NCBI GenBank assembly: GCA_039028615.1
Contig: JBCCHT010000001.1
Coordinates: forward strand, 576,001 to 640,000
Reading direction: 5' to 3'
Origin: Myxococcota bacterium
GTDB taxonomy: Bacteria; Myxococcota_A; Polyangia; Nannocystales; Nannocystaceae
Length of the DNA stretch: 64,000 bases
This document shows positions 17,550-27,399 of this stretch, in pieces (the stretch's first letter is position 1; every line of letters begins with the position of its first letter). Below the pieces are notes generated by a model that saw nothing but the letters and a program-made list of their open reading frames with translations, did not search any database and was not told the DNA's origin. Position numbers and translations under genes: made by a program.

Positions 17550-17768
17550 ATGTCACGGCTTCGGCGCTCGGCGAACAACAGTAGGCTCCTCGGCGTCTGC
17601 GGCGGCCTCGGGGAGACCCTCGGCGTAGACCCCACTCTCGTCCGCATCGGCTTCATCGCCATGGCGCTGCTCGGCGGACCGGGAATCTTGGCGTACGTCA
17701 TCCTCACCCTGCTCATGCCCGCCCCCCGTGCCCTGCCCGGCCCCGCCCGCTGGCAGCTGCCTGGATAG
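17550..17768 (+). CDS. PspC domain protein
   Basis: LRRS...LLGVCGGLGETLGVDPTLVRI...ILAYVILTLLMP. Confidence 0.9.
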   Translation: MSRLRRSANNSRLLGVCGGLGETLGVDPTLVRIGFIAMALLGGPGILAYVILTLLMPAPRALPGPARWQLPG

Positions 17769-17960
17769 AGCCACCGCGAGCCCGCGCAATGGCGCCTGCG
17801 TGAAGGGCAAAAAGACGGGGCGGACCCGCGGCCCCTCGGCGCGGGCCCACCCCGTTGCATGTCCCTCCCCAGGGCCACGCGTCACAAAAATCCGTTCCCC
17901 CTTCGTGCACTCGCCATCGTTCTTTCAAGTACGAGGGAGTCCCCTACGGATTGCGTCACC

Positions 17961-18005
17961 AAAAGAAAGAACAGCCGCATGCCCTCGAGGCATGCGGCTG
18001 TTCTT
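17961..18005 (-). terminator. Intrinsic terminator of the ADYC gene
   Basis: Perfect 17-bp inverted repeat aagaacagccgcatgcc/ggcatgcggctgttctt with 5-nt loop; T-rich tail on the minus strand. Confidence 0.8.
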
Positions 18006-18021
18006 GCGTGCGCGCGAGGGC

Positions 18022-19062
18022 TCAGCTCGCCGTCCAGAACAACGCGCTGGGATCGGAGAACCAACCCGCCGCACCGAACCAGCAGGGCGGAGGCGGGTAG
18101 CCGTTGGCGCAGGCGACCGGGTTGCCGTTGTTGACCCGGCGATAGTCCAGACACACCGCGCCGTTGAGCCCCCAGACCGCCTCGTCGAGCGGCGCCGGGC
18201 CGATGAAGGGCGGCGTGGGGATGAAGTTGTGGCCGAACTTGTCCTCGGCATGAATCGGAGTCCCCGGCAACGTGTACGCATTGCCGTCCCCGCAATAGTC
18301 GGCCCGAATCATGGCGACCGCCGCCTGGAAGACCTGCAGCGGAGTCCCGCCTGCGGCGGCAGGCAGAGTCTCGGGGCGGTAGTTCCACAGCGAGGCCTTG
18401 CCCACCGCGCCCGCGACACAGCCGATGTACAGCAGCGCGGGGTCGTGACTGATGGCACCCGTCTGGTCGTCGACGTTCAGGCCGGCGTACACAGCCGCCG
18501 AGGTCAGGGGCTCCTCGCCTTCCATCAGACACGTGGAGACGCTGCCTTCGCCGTGCCCCAGCGAGTAGGAGAAGTTGTAGAGCGGGGTCGCCGACCCGGG
18601 GTCGTAGCCGGTCTCCACCGTGAGCTGGTGCTGGAACACCCCGCCGGGCTCGAAGCTCTCGAGGTGCCACACGGTGTCGTTGAAGTCGGGGTGGTCGATG
18701 ACGTAGCCGCTCGACAGCGTCGCCCGCAGAGCGCCGTCCACCACTTGAATCGTCCACGGCAAGACCGAGGCGGGGCCCAGCGGACCGTCGTAGTCGATGG
18801 CGACCAGGCGCGTGCCCTCGTGGATCTGACCGTCGATGTTCACCTCGGAAAAGAAGTGATTGCCCGAGTGGTTGGTGTTGAGCCGACGGCCCGTGTTCAT
18901 CCGACCGGTGTAGATCGCGAATCGGTCTTCGTCGTCGGCGTCCTCTTCGGCCTCGAAATCGAACTCACCGTCGAGGTCGTCGGGGTTGGCCTCACAACCG
19001 GTGCTCAGGGTGAGCAGGAGCGAGGACGCGAGGGCGAAGGTGCGAGCAATGGTGTTCAGCAT
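18022..19062 (-). CDS. ADYC domain-containing lipoprotein
   Basis: GAVGKA..WNY.P, AMIRADYCGDG..YT.PGTPI, EAVWGLNGAVCL; STGC lipobox. Confidence 0.85.
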   Translation of the reverse strand: MLNTIARTFALASSLLLTLSTGCEANPDDLDGEFDFEAEEDADDEDRFAIYTGRMNTGRRLNTNHSGNHFFSEVNIDGQIHEGTRLVAIDYDGPLGPASVLPWTIQVVDGALRATLSSGYVIDHPDFNDTVWHLESFEPGGVFQHQLTVETGYDPGSATPLYNFSYSLGHGEGSVSTCLMEGEEPLTSAAVYAGLNVDDQTGAISHDPALLYIGCVAGAVGKASLWNYRPETLPAAAGGTPLQVFQAAVAMIRADYCGDGNAYTLPGTPIHAEDKFGHNFIPTPPFIGPAPLDEAVWGLNGAVCLDYRRVNNGNPVACANGYPPPPCWFGAAGWFSDPSALFWTAS

Positions 19063-19235
19063 GGCGTTTGGGGCCTGCGGGGGAGGGATCGCAGGCGGAC
19101 GAGACGAGAAGTACGAACCGAGCCCCGATGGATTGCGACGATTTGCGGCCAGTGTGATCGACCTACGGGAAATGGCACCCTGTTTCGACATTGGGCGATC
19201 GCCGCGGGCCTGGTACACCGGTTGGGATCCCTCCA

Positions 19236-22200
19236 ATGCCCGAAGACGACCCGCAGGAGGCCGCGCAGCTGCGCACGACGGCGACCGAGCTCGCCGCGAC
19301 GGAGGCTCGCCTGAAGCTCGATCGGGGCGTCGACTACCAGCAGATGCGGGGGATGATCGAATCCTCGCTCTTCGGAGAACCCGCGGCCCCGCTGCTCATC
19401 GGGCGTTTCGCCGTGCTCGACCGCATCGGGGCGGGTGGCATGGGCACGGTGTACGCGGCGTACGACGACACGCTCGACCGCAAGGTCGCGGTGAAGGTGC
19501 TGCACGGCACCGCGAGTGAGGAGGCTCGCGAGCGGATGCTGCGAGAGGCGCGAGCGATGGCCCGCCTGTCGCATCCAAACATCGTCACCGTGCACGAGGT
19601 CGGCGAGCACGAGGGTCGGGTGTTCCTGGCCATGGAGTTCGTCCGCGGTCGCAGCCTCGATCAGTGGATCCATGAGCAGGACGAGCCGCGACCGTGGCGG
19701 GAGACGCTGGAGGTCTTTGCCCGAGCCGGCGAGGGGCTGGTCGCCGCCCACGAAGCGGGCCTGGTGCATCGCGACTTCAAGCCGCACAACGTGGTGCAGG
19801 GCGACGATGGGATGGTCAAGGTCCTCGACTTCGGGGTCGCGTTCCCCACCGCCCCCGCGGGCCCCTCGACGCCGCGCGAAGGGCTCCCGGAGACCTCGAG
19901 CGTGAACGAAGAGCAGTCGCTGACCCGCACGGGGGCGATCGTCGGCACGCCCGCCTATATGGCGCCCGAGCAGCTGATGGCCAAGCCCGCCACCGCGGCC
20001 AGCGATCAGTTCGCGTTTTGTGTCTCGCTCTACGAAGCGCTCCACGGCGAGCGCCCCTTCGCGGGCAAGCGCCTCGAAGCGCTCATCGATGCCGTCTGTG
20101 AAGGGCGGCTCCGGGAACCCCCGCCCGGCTCGACGGTGCCCGCATGGGTTCGCGCCATCGTGCGTCGCGGCTTGTCCACCGACCCCGCCGATCGTTTCGA
20201 ATCGATGCGGGCGTTGCTCGAAGCGCTGGGTCGCGACCCTGCACTGGCCCGTCGTCGCTGGCTGGGTGGTCTCGCGGTGGCCGGCCTGGCGGTGGTCGGC
20301 AGCTTCGGGCTCGCCGCCCTGCAGAAGCAACCGCCGGCCGAGCCCTGCCAGGGCCTCGAGTCGGCGCTGGACGACGTGTGGGGACCCAACCGAGTGACCC
20401 AGGTGCGGCAGGGCTTCTTGGCGAGCGAAGTCCCCTACGCCGATGAGACCTGGGCTCGCATCGAACCGCGCCTCGACGCCTACGCCCAGGAGTGGATCGA
20501 CGGCAGCACCAACGCGTGCCTGGCCCACGAAGCGGGGCGGCAGTCGCCGAAGATCTTCGACCTGCGCACGGTGTGCCTGGAGTCGAGGCGCGCCAGTCTG
20601 CGCGCCGTGGTCGAGCGGCTCGAGCACGCCGACGGCGGGGTCGTCGGCAAGGTCATGGAGATCATGGGCGGCTTGCCTCCGCTGGCGCGCTGCGACGACC
20701 TGGAGGCCCTGACTGCCACCGTGCCTCCGCCGGACGATCCCGAGCAAGCGGAGGCGATCCGCGAAGCCCGGCAACAGCTCGCCACCGCTCGCGTCCAGGA
20801 AGACGCCGGGCATGTCGCGGAAGCCATCGCGCTGGCGACCGAGGCTCGCACCACGGCCGACGCGCTCGAGTACGCGCCCCTGCAGGCCGAAGCCGCGCTA
20901 CGCCTGGGCAGCGCCACGGCCGAAGGCGGCGCGAGCACCCGAGACTTCGAACGCTCCGACGAGGTGCTCAGCGAGGCGATGCACACCGCCATCGGAGCGG
21001 GGCACGTCATCGTGGCCATCGAGGCCCTGGCCCGGCGCGTGTACGTGCGCGCCGAGCTGCTCAACCTGAACCGCGAGCGCATCCAGGAAGACGAGCCCTT
21101 GGTGCGGGCGTTGCTGAAGCAAGACCCGGCCGATGCCCACGTGCGCTGGCTCGTCGCCAACAACCTCGGGATCATGCACGAGCGAGGCGGCGACTGGGCA
21201 GCGGCGACGAAGCTGTACGACGAGGCGCTGGAGCACGCGCGCAGCCGGGGTGAAGGCGGGCTGCAGAACGTCGCGGTGGTGCTGACCAATCGAGCCCTCA
21301 CCGCGATGGACCAGGACGAGCTGGTCGCGGCCGAGACCGACGGTCGCGCGGCGCTAGAGATCGCCGAGCGCATGCTCGGGCCCCGGCATCCCCGTATTCC
21401 GCTGCATCTGTACCCAGTGGCGCACTCGTTGATGGCACGGGGCCGCCACGAAGAAGCACGCACGCTCTTCGAACGCGCGATGACCATCCGCGAGAGTTCC
21501 GGGCTCCCGCTCCCGCCCGATGCAGCGCAGGACCTGCACATGTTGTCGGTGCTGGCGACGACCCGGCGCGAGCACGCTCGAGCCCGCGAGCTGTCCGACC
21601 GGGGCTTGGAGCTGCTCGATGCGGACCACCCCTTCACGATCCGGCTGCTGCACGGTCGAGCGGACGCCAAGATCGGCGAGGGGGACATCGAGGGCGGTCT
21701 CGCCGACCACCGCCGAGCGCTGGCCGTGGTCACCAAGCTCAACGAGCCCGACGCGCTTCCCATCGCCGAGTCGCACGAAGCCCTGGGCGAAGCGCTGACC
21801 CGCACCGGGGATCGTGAGGCCGCCGTCGCCGAGCTCGATCGCGCCGTGACCCTGGTGCCCGCGAAGCTCATCGAGGAGTGGGTGTGGCTCGCGTCCGGTC
21901 GCCGCCGCCGGGCCGCGCTCCACGTCGCCGAGGGAGAGCCCGAGCCCGCGCTCGCACTCATCGAGCCCACGCTCGAGACACTCCGCCGTCGCGCCGCCCC
22001 CGGGCACCCCGAACTCGCCAAGCTGTGGCGACTACGCGGCGACGCCCTGGCTCAGCAAGGTGCCATTCAGGAGGCCCTGGAGGCCTACGAGGCCGCGCTG
22101 GCCGAGTACCAACGCGAGCACGACGAGGACCACCCCGAGCTGGCGGCGTGCCGCTTCGCGTTGGCCCAGACGCTGGCACGCTGCGTCGACGAGGCCGGAT

Positions 22201-22361
22201 GCACCCCCGACGGAGCGACCACGCGGGACCGAGCCTCTTCGCTGGCAGACACGGCCACCCGTGCCTACCGCAAGCTCGGCCCGGCTTTCGCTCCCGAGGC
22301 GGAGGCCATCGCGAAGTGGCGCGAGTCTCAGTACCAGACGTCGACCACGAAGCGCAGGTAG
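19236..22361 (+). CDS. Hanks-type Ser/Thr protein kinase with TM segment and C-terminal TPRs
   Basis: GAGGMG, VAVK, HRDFKPHN, DFG, GTPAYMAPE; long helical TPR-like C-terminus. Confidence 0.95.
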   Translation: MPEDDPQEAAQLRTTATELAATEARLKLDRGVDYQQMRGMIESSLFGEPAAPLLIGRFAVLDRIGAGGMGTVYAAYDDTLDRKVAVKVLHGTASEEARERMLREARAMARLSHPNIVTVHEVGEHEGRVFLAMEFVRGRSLDQWIHEQDEPRPWRETLEVFARAGEGLVAAHEAGLVHRDFKPHNVVQGDDGMVKVLDFGVAFPTAPAGPSTPREGLPETSSVNEEQSLTRTGAIVGTPAYMAPEQLMAKPATAASDQFAFCVSLYEALHGERPFAGKRLEALIDAVCEGRLREPPPGSTVPAWVRAIVRRGLSTDPADRFESMRALLEALGRDPALARRRWLGGLAVAGLAVVGSFGLAALQKQPPAEPCQGLESALDDVWGPNRVTQVRQGFLASEVPYADETWARIEPRLDAYAQEWIDGSTNACLAHEAGRQSPKIFDLRTVCLESRRASLRAVVERLEHADGGVVGKVMEIMGGLPPLARCDDLEALTATVPPPDDPEQAEAIREARQQLATARVQEDAGHVAEAIALATEARTTADALEYAPLQAEAALRLGSATAEGGASTRDFERSDEVLSEAMHTAIGAGHVIVAIEALARRVYVRAELLNLNRERIQEDEPLVRALLKQDPADAHVRWLVANNLGIMHERGGDWAAATKLYDEALEHARSRGEGGLQNVAVVLTNRALTAMDQDELVAAETDGRAALEIAERMLGPRHPRIPLHLYPVAHSLMARGRHEEARTLFERAMTIRESSGLPLPPDAAQDLHMLSVLATTRREHARARELSDRGLELLDADHPFTIRLLHGRADAKIGEGDIEGGLADHRRALAVVTKLNEPDALPIAESHEALGEALTRTGDREAAVAELDRAVTLVPAKLIEEWVWLASGRRRRAALHVAEGEPEPALALIEPTLETLRRRAAPGHPELAKLWRLRGDALAQQGAIQEALEAYEAALAEYQREHDEDHPELAACRFALAQTLARCVDEAGCTPDGATTRDRASSLADTATRAYRKLGPAFAPEAEAIAKWRESQYQTSTTKRR

Positions 22362-24451
22362 CCGCGGGTCCAGTCCTTGATGTCGAGCAGGCCCTCGACG
22401 TCCTCGAGCGCGATGCGCTGGCTGTGCTTCAGATCGAGCTCGAAGAAGCGCTCGCGGAAGCGCTTGGTGTGCGCGGCATCGTGAATGACCGCGGCTAGCT
22501 CATAGTGATTGAAGAAGCTGGCGTGGTTGAGGTTGGCCGACCCGATCCAGGTGTCGTCGTCGATGATCGCCACTTTGGCGTGGGTCATGTGGTTGTCGTA
22601 CTCGTAGACCTCGACCCCGGCCTCGATGAGCGCGGGATACTTGAGACGCGCCGCGTACATGAAATCCCACGAGTCGTTGCTCTCGTCGGGGAAGATGCAG
22701 ATCACCCGAACCCCGCGCTGCGCCGCCTCGCAGAGCAAGCTGAGGACCTCGCGCGACGAGAAGTACGGGTTTTCGATCAGGATCTCGCGCTTGGCCGCCC
22801 GCAGCAGCGTCTGGAGCTGCTCGTGGATCTGCATGCGCGCGCCCGGGGTGGTGTCGAGGATGGACACGGGCACCCCCGCCGGGTGGTCCTCGATGGGCGG
22901 GAAGTACGGGTGGTCGGCGCTCACCGCCTCGGCGGTGCGAGCCCAGGTGCCCAGCTCGAAGGCATCGCCTCCCTCCGCGACCCACCGCTCGCGAAAGCGT
23001 GACTGCAACGAAGCCACCACGGGCCCCTGCAGCTCCACGAAGCAGTCGTGCCACTTGATCCACTCTTCGTCCGCCGCGGGCACGGCCGGATCGAAGGGCC
23101 GCTCGAACAGATACTCGCGCCCGATGTTCGCGCCTCCGGTCAGCGCGTGCGTCCCGTCGACGATGAGCAGCTTGCGATGGTCGATGCGCGCCACGGTGAA
23201 GAAGGGCAGCGCCTTGCGGAGCTCGGCGTAGGCCTCGGGTTCGACGCCGTCCGCCCACGGCGCGACCTCGACGTAGGGGAAGCTCGAGTCCAGCAAGGTC
23301 AGGTTGGGCACCTCTTCCATCCGGCTGCGCAGCTCCGAGGTGTCCCCCCGCAGGCGTTCGGCCTCGCGCTCGACGTCGAGGGCTTCGAGCATCGCGTCTC
23401 GCTGCTCGTCGCTCAGCTCCCGCCCCACCCTCGTCCAGATCTCCTTGAGCGTCGCCAACGAGTGGCTGCTCCCGGTCGTCTTGACGTCGAACATGATCCG
23501 AACCTCGACCCCGTCGCGCGCCCGCGCAATGAGGTGGTCGACGACTTCTCGGCCGCTCGCGTCGTTGAACAGCAGCATCATCTCCATGTGGATGCTGCGC
23601 TGCGCCCCGTCGATGGCCTCGAGCATGGCCCGGCGAATCTCGACCCCGTCGATGAGCGGCTCGGCTCGATTGCCGGGCACCCGGCGAGGCTGGTCTGCCC
23701 GTAGATCGAAGGTGTAGGGGCTGCCCCAGCGGCCGATGCGGGTACCGACGTGGTTTTCCCACAGACCGCGCTCGGTGAGCGAACCGAGCCTGAAGTGATC
23801 GCGCGAACTCCAGGGCGCGCCCGGGCGAGCCAGCTCGATCGAAAGGTCGGGGCGATGCTCGTGGTCATCGCAGAACGACAGCAGTGCTCGCCCCTTGTCG
23901 TCCAGGCGCGAATCGGCCAGCACCTTCCGGTCGAGCAGGCCGTGCTCGACGAGCGTCACCGCCGTGCCTTCCTCCGCCCCGACGAAATCGCCTTGCTCGT
24001 CGTCCCACTCCACGAACCGCACGAAGCAATCGAAGGAGACGCGAAAGCGGACCGGATCCGACACCGTGCCGATCTGCGGACCGACCTCACCCGTCCAGAG
24101 ACCGCGCTGATAGTCCTCGCTGTAGCGATTGCGCGTGGTCCAGACCGACGGCAAGCGCTGCTTCTGTTCGCCGCCTTCACCCCCTTCGACCAGGGTTCCC
24201 GTGGAGGGGTCGAGCCACGCCCCGCCGAAGCGGATCTCGAAGTAGACCTCCGGGCGCCGCTCCCCCGTGTCGGCCACCGCGATGCGGACCTGCCCCTGCC
24301 CTCCGCGGATGCGCCCCGAGCCGATGGTGTCGTCGGGCGTGATGGGGTCCCGCTCGCGTGCGAAGACCTCGACCCCGTCGGGCAAGGGCGCGTAGCGTCG
24401 CTCGCTGCGGTTCCAATACGTGAACGCGAGGTGGCACTCCAAAGCCGACAC
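22328..24451 (-). CDS. Phospholipase D superfamily (cardiolipin synthase-like) protein with N-terminal extension
   Basis: Two HKD motifs: HRKLLIVDG..GGANIG and HAKVAIIDD..GSANL. Confidence 0.9.
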   Translation of the reverse strand: MSALECHLAFTYWNRSERRYAPLPDGVEVFARERDPITPDDTIGSGRIRGGQGQVRIAVADTGERRPEVYFEIRFGGAWLDPSTGTLVEGGEGGEQKQRLPSVWTTRNRYSEDYQRGLWTGEVGPQIGTVSDPVRFRVSFDCFVRFVEWDDEQGDFVGAEEGTAVTLVEHGLLDRKVLADSRLDDKGRALLSFCDDHEHRPDLSIELARPGAPWSSRDHFRLGSLTERGLWENHVGTRIGRWGSPYTFDLRADQPRRVPGNRAEPLIDGVEIRRAMLEAIDGAQRSIHMEMMLLFNDASGREVVDHLIARARDGVEVRIMFDVKTTGSSHSLATLKEIWTRVGRELSDEQRDAMLEALDVEREAERLRGDTSELRSRMEEVPNLTLLDSSFPYVEVAPWADGVEPEAYAELRKALPFFTVARIDHRKLLIVDGTHALTGGANIGREYLFERPFDPAVPAADEEWIKWHDCFVELQGPVVASLQSRFRERWVAEGGDAFELGTWARTAEAVSADHPYFPPIEDHPAGVPVSILDTTPGARMQIHEQLQTLLRAAKREILIENPYFSSREVLSLLCEAAQRGVRVICIFPDESNDSWDFMYAARLKYPALIEAGVEVYEYDNHMTHAKVAIIDDDTWIGSANLNHASFFNHYELAAVIHDAAHTKRFRERFFELDLKHSQRIALEDVEGLLDIKDWTRGYLRFVVDVWY

Positions 24452-24525
24452 CGCCTCAGATTACGTCAGGATCGCCTCGCCTGGCGGGACGAAAAGTGGG
24501 CCGCCCCCGGCCCGATGGCCAAGCG

Positions 24526-26313
24526 CTAGGACGCGCTGCGCTTGCGCTTGGTCGCGGGGCGGGATCGCGAGCTGGCCTTGGCCTTCGCTTTGGTCTTGGC
24601 CTTGGCCTTGGCCTTGGCCTTCGTGGTCTTGACCTTGGCCGCATCGACGAGCAGCTGGCGGGCGTGCTCGCGCGCGCTCTCTCCCACGTCCTCGCCACCG
24701 AGCATGCGGGCGAGTTCTTCGACGCGCTCTTCGTCGGACAGCCGCGTGACCCGAGTGGTGGTGCGCCCACGCTGGGTCCGCTTGTCCACGCGGTAGTGCG
24801 CGTCGGCGAAGGCGGCGATCTGCGGCAGGTGGGTCACGCACAGCACCTGATGCCCGGCCGAGGCCACCTTGAGCCGACGCCCGATCGCCACCGCGACCGC
24901 ACCGCCCACCCCGGCATCGACCTCGTCGAACACGTAGGTGGCCACGCGGTCTTCGTCGGCGAGCGTGTTCTTGATCGCCAGCAACACGCGCGACAGCTCT
25001 CCGCCCGAGGCCACCCGCGACAGCGGAGCCAGGGGCTCGCCGGGGTTGGCACAAAACAGGAACTCGACCCGGTCGACGCCAGTGGGACCGGGCTGCTCCG
25101 GGTTGTCCGCCTCGACCCTCACCGCCAGGCGGGCCCCTGCCATGTGCAGCGTGCGGAGCTCCTTTTCGACGGCGCGGGCCAAGCCCTCTGCCGCGGCCAC
25201 GCGCGCATCGTGCAGGCAACGCGCACTGGTCACACAGTCGGCCAGGCGCTCGGCGACCTCGCCATCCAGCTGCTCGAGCTCTTCTTCGGCCCGGTCGAGC
25301 TGGGCCAGCTCCTCGCGCATCTCGTCGAGCTTGTCCGCCAACGCATCGACCTCGACGCCGTGCTTGCGCCGCAGGCCTTCGAGCAAGTGCACCCGCTCCG
25401 CCACCACGTCGAGCTCGCCCGGCTCGATCTCCAGCTCCCCCGCGAAGCGAGCGGCGCTCTGGGCCGCCTCTTCGCACGCGATCTGAGCCGCGGTGAGCTG
25501 CTCTTGGATCTGCGCCAGAAGCTCCGAGCCTTCGCCGCCCCGCCGCGCTCGATCGAGCAAGGACCCCAAGCGCCCTGCGATGGCGTCATCGGCCTCGTAG
25601 AGCATGGTGTGGGCATCCCGAGCGAACTCCGCCCAGCGCTGCGCGTCGTGCAACAGCGTCAGGCGCCCGCGCAGCGCCTCGAACTCGCCGGGCTCGGGCG
25701 CCACCGCCTCGAGCTCGTCGATCTGAAAGCGCAGGTAGTCCATGCGGGCCCCCGCTTCGCGAGCCCTGGTCTGCAGATCGAGCCGACGCTCATCGACCTC
25801 CCGCCACGCTTGATACGCCGCGCGATGGGTGCTCCGGTCGGCCTCGAGCTTGGCCCAAGCATCGAGCACGTCGAGGTGCCGAGCGGCATGGGTGAGGAAG
25901 TGGTGCTCGTGCTGGCTGCAGATGTCGACCAGGTGCTCGCCAACCCGACCCAGCACCGCCTGCGTGGTGGGGGTCGACTGCACGAAGGACCGCCCTCGTC
26001 CCCCTCGCACGACCATGCGACGCAGCACCACGCCTTCGTCTTCGTCGAGCGGGATGCCGTGCTCGTCGATGGTGGCGCGCAGGCGTCCGAGCAGCAGCGC
26101 CGCCGGATCGAAGCACGCGTCGATGGTCGCGGCCGACTCGCCCTTGCGCACCAGCTCGGCCCGGCCTCGACCCCCGCGGAGCAACGACAGCGCCTCCACG
26201 ATGATCGACTTGCCCGCCCCGGTCTCGCCGGTCAGGACGTTCATGCCCGGCGACAGTTCGAGCGTGACGTCGTCGAGCAGCGCCAGGCCACGAATGCGGA
26301 GGTAGCTGAGCAC
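24526..26313 (-). CDS. recN: DNA repair protein RecN
   Basis: LTGETGAGKS, QHEH, ASGGELSR, FDEVDAGVGG, QVLCVTHLPQIAA, ELARMLGG. Confidence 0.98.
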   Translation of the reverse strand: MLSYLRIRGLALLDDVTLELSPGMNVLTGETGAGKSIIVEALSLLRGGRGRAELVRKGESAATIDACFDPAALLLGRLRATIDEHGIPLDEDEGVVLRRMVVRGGRGRSFVQSTPTTQAVLGRVGEHLVDICSQHEHHFLTHAARHLDVLDAWAKLEADRSTHRAAYQAWREVDERRLDLQTRAREAGARMDYLRFQIDELEAVAPEPGEFEALRGRLTLLHDAQRWAEFARDAHTMLYEADDAIAGRLGSLLDRARRGGEGSELLAQIQEQLTAAQIACEEAAQSAARFAGELEIEPGELDVVAERVHLLEGLRRKHGVEVDALADKLDEMREELAQLDRAEEELEQLDGEVAERLADCVTSARCLHDARVAAAEGLARAVEKELRTLHMAGARLAVRVEADNPEQPGPTGVDRVEFLFCANPGEPLAPLSRVASGGELSRVLLAIKNTLADEDRVATYVFDEVDAGVGGAVAVAIGRRLKVASAGHQVLCVTHLPQIAAFADAHYRVDKRTQRGRTTTRVTRLSDEERVEELARMLGGEDVGESAREHARQLLVDAAKVKTTKAKAKAKAKTKAKAKASSRSRPATKRKRSAS

Positions 26314-26494
26314 GGGTCGCGGAGGCTAGCAGCCCGCGGCTGAGCAGCCATAAGAAACTAATTTCATTGAGTATTGGTCGCAGCGCCGCCGAGTTCGCGA
26401 CGCGAAATGGGCGAAGGGTTCGATGTTCGCTCGACCCCCCGCATGCCGGGCCCCGCCGCCCCCGAGCTTGACCTCGTGGTGCGCGACCACCACG

Positions 26495-27295
26495 ATGCGC
26501 CCAGTGCATCTCGGCCTCGACTCGATCCCGATTCCCCGAGTCGATGCGCCGAGCCCCGAGGTCTTTGTCCGCGACTATGTCCGCCGGTCCCGCCCCGTGG
26601 TCATTCGCGGGGCCATCGACGACTGGCCCGCCCTCGAACGATGGACCCCGCAGGGTTTGGTCGAAGCGTTCCCAGGCCGGTCACTGCCCTCCATTCCGGT
26701 CCGCGACGGCAATGCGGTGTTCGATCCGAACACGGGCATCGACTACGCCCCCGTCGACCTCGCCAACTACGTACGAGACGTCGAGGCCGGCACCGCAGGT
26801 CGCTACGTCGTGTTCCGGGTTCACGAGCATCTGCCCGAGCTCATGAACGACATCCGCACCCCGCGATACCTCGAGCGGGCACGCTGGCGTCGTTCCCGTT
26901 TCTGGTTCGCGCCGCGTGACGTGGGCGGCGTGCTCCACCGCGACCTCCCGCATAACCTCTACGCGCAAGTGCAGGGCCGTAAGCGCTGGATGCTCGTTTC
27001 TCGCCGCGAGTTCACCCGCGTCTATCCGTATCCGCCGTGGTCGGGCGTTCCCAACTACTGCCGCGCCAGCGTCGAGGCGCCCGACCGCGATCGATTTCCT
27101 CGACTGCAGGGCGTGACGGTGCACGACACCACCCTGGCTCCCGGAGAGCTGCTGTACATTCCCAGTCTTTGGTGGCATCAGGCCCGTTCGGTGGACACGA
27201 GCATCTCCATCAACCTGTGGTGGGTGAGACGAAGGCTGCTGCCGCTGGTGCGCATGGCCGAAGCCTTCATGGCCATTCGCCAGCTGCGGCTCTGA
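26495..27295 (+). CDS. JmjC/cupin_8 Fe(II)/2-oxoglutarate oxygenase
   Basis: RPVVIRG..DWPALERW, LHRD..N..QVQGRKRW, PGELLYIPSLWWH. Confidence 0.9.
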   Translation: MRPVHLGLDSIPIPRVDAPSPEVFVRDYVRRSRPVVIRGAIDDWPALERWTPQGLVEAFPGRSLPSIPVRDGNAVFDPNTGIDYAPVDLANYVRDVEAGTAGRYVVFRVHEHLPELMNDIRTPRYLERARWRRSRFWFAPRDVGGVLHRDLPHNLYAQVQGRKRWMLVSRREFTRVYPYPPWSGVPNYCRASVEAPDRDRFPRLQGVTVHDTTLAPGELLYIPSLWWHQARSVDTSISINLWWVRRRLLPLVRMAEAFMAIRQLRL

Positions 27296-27399
27296 GCACC
27301 AGCGCAATTCACGCTCCGCATCGATACCCGCGGGGAAAGAGGCGGTAGACGAGCCGATCGTCGTATCCTCCGCGCGTCCTTTCATGGCGTGAGCGAGCG

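Noticed and set aside
26314..26400. LexA box upstream of recN
   Set aside because: An AT-rich patch is present but I cannot match it to a known SOS box.
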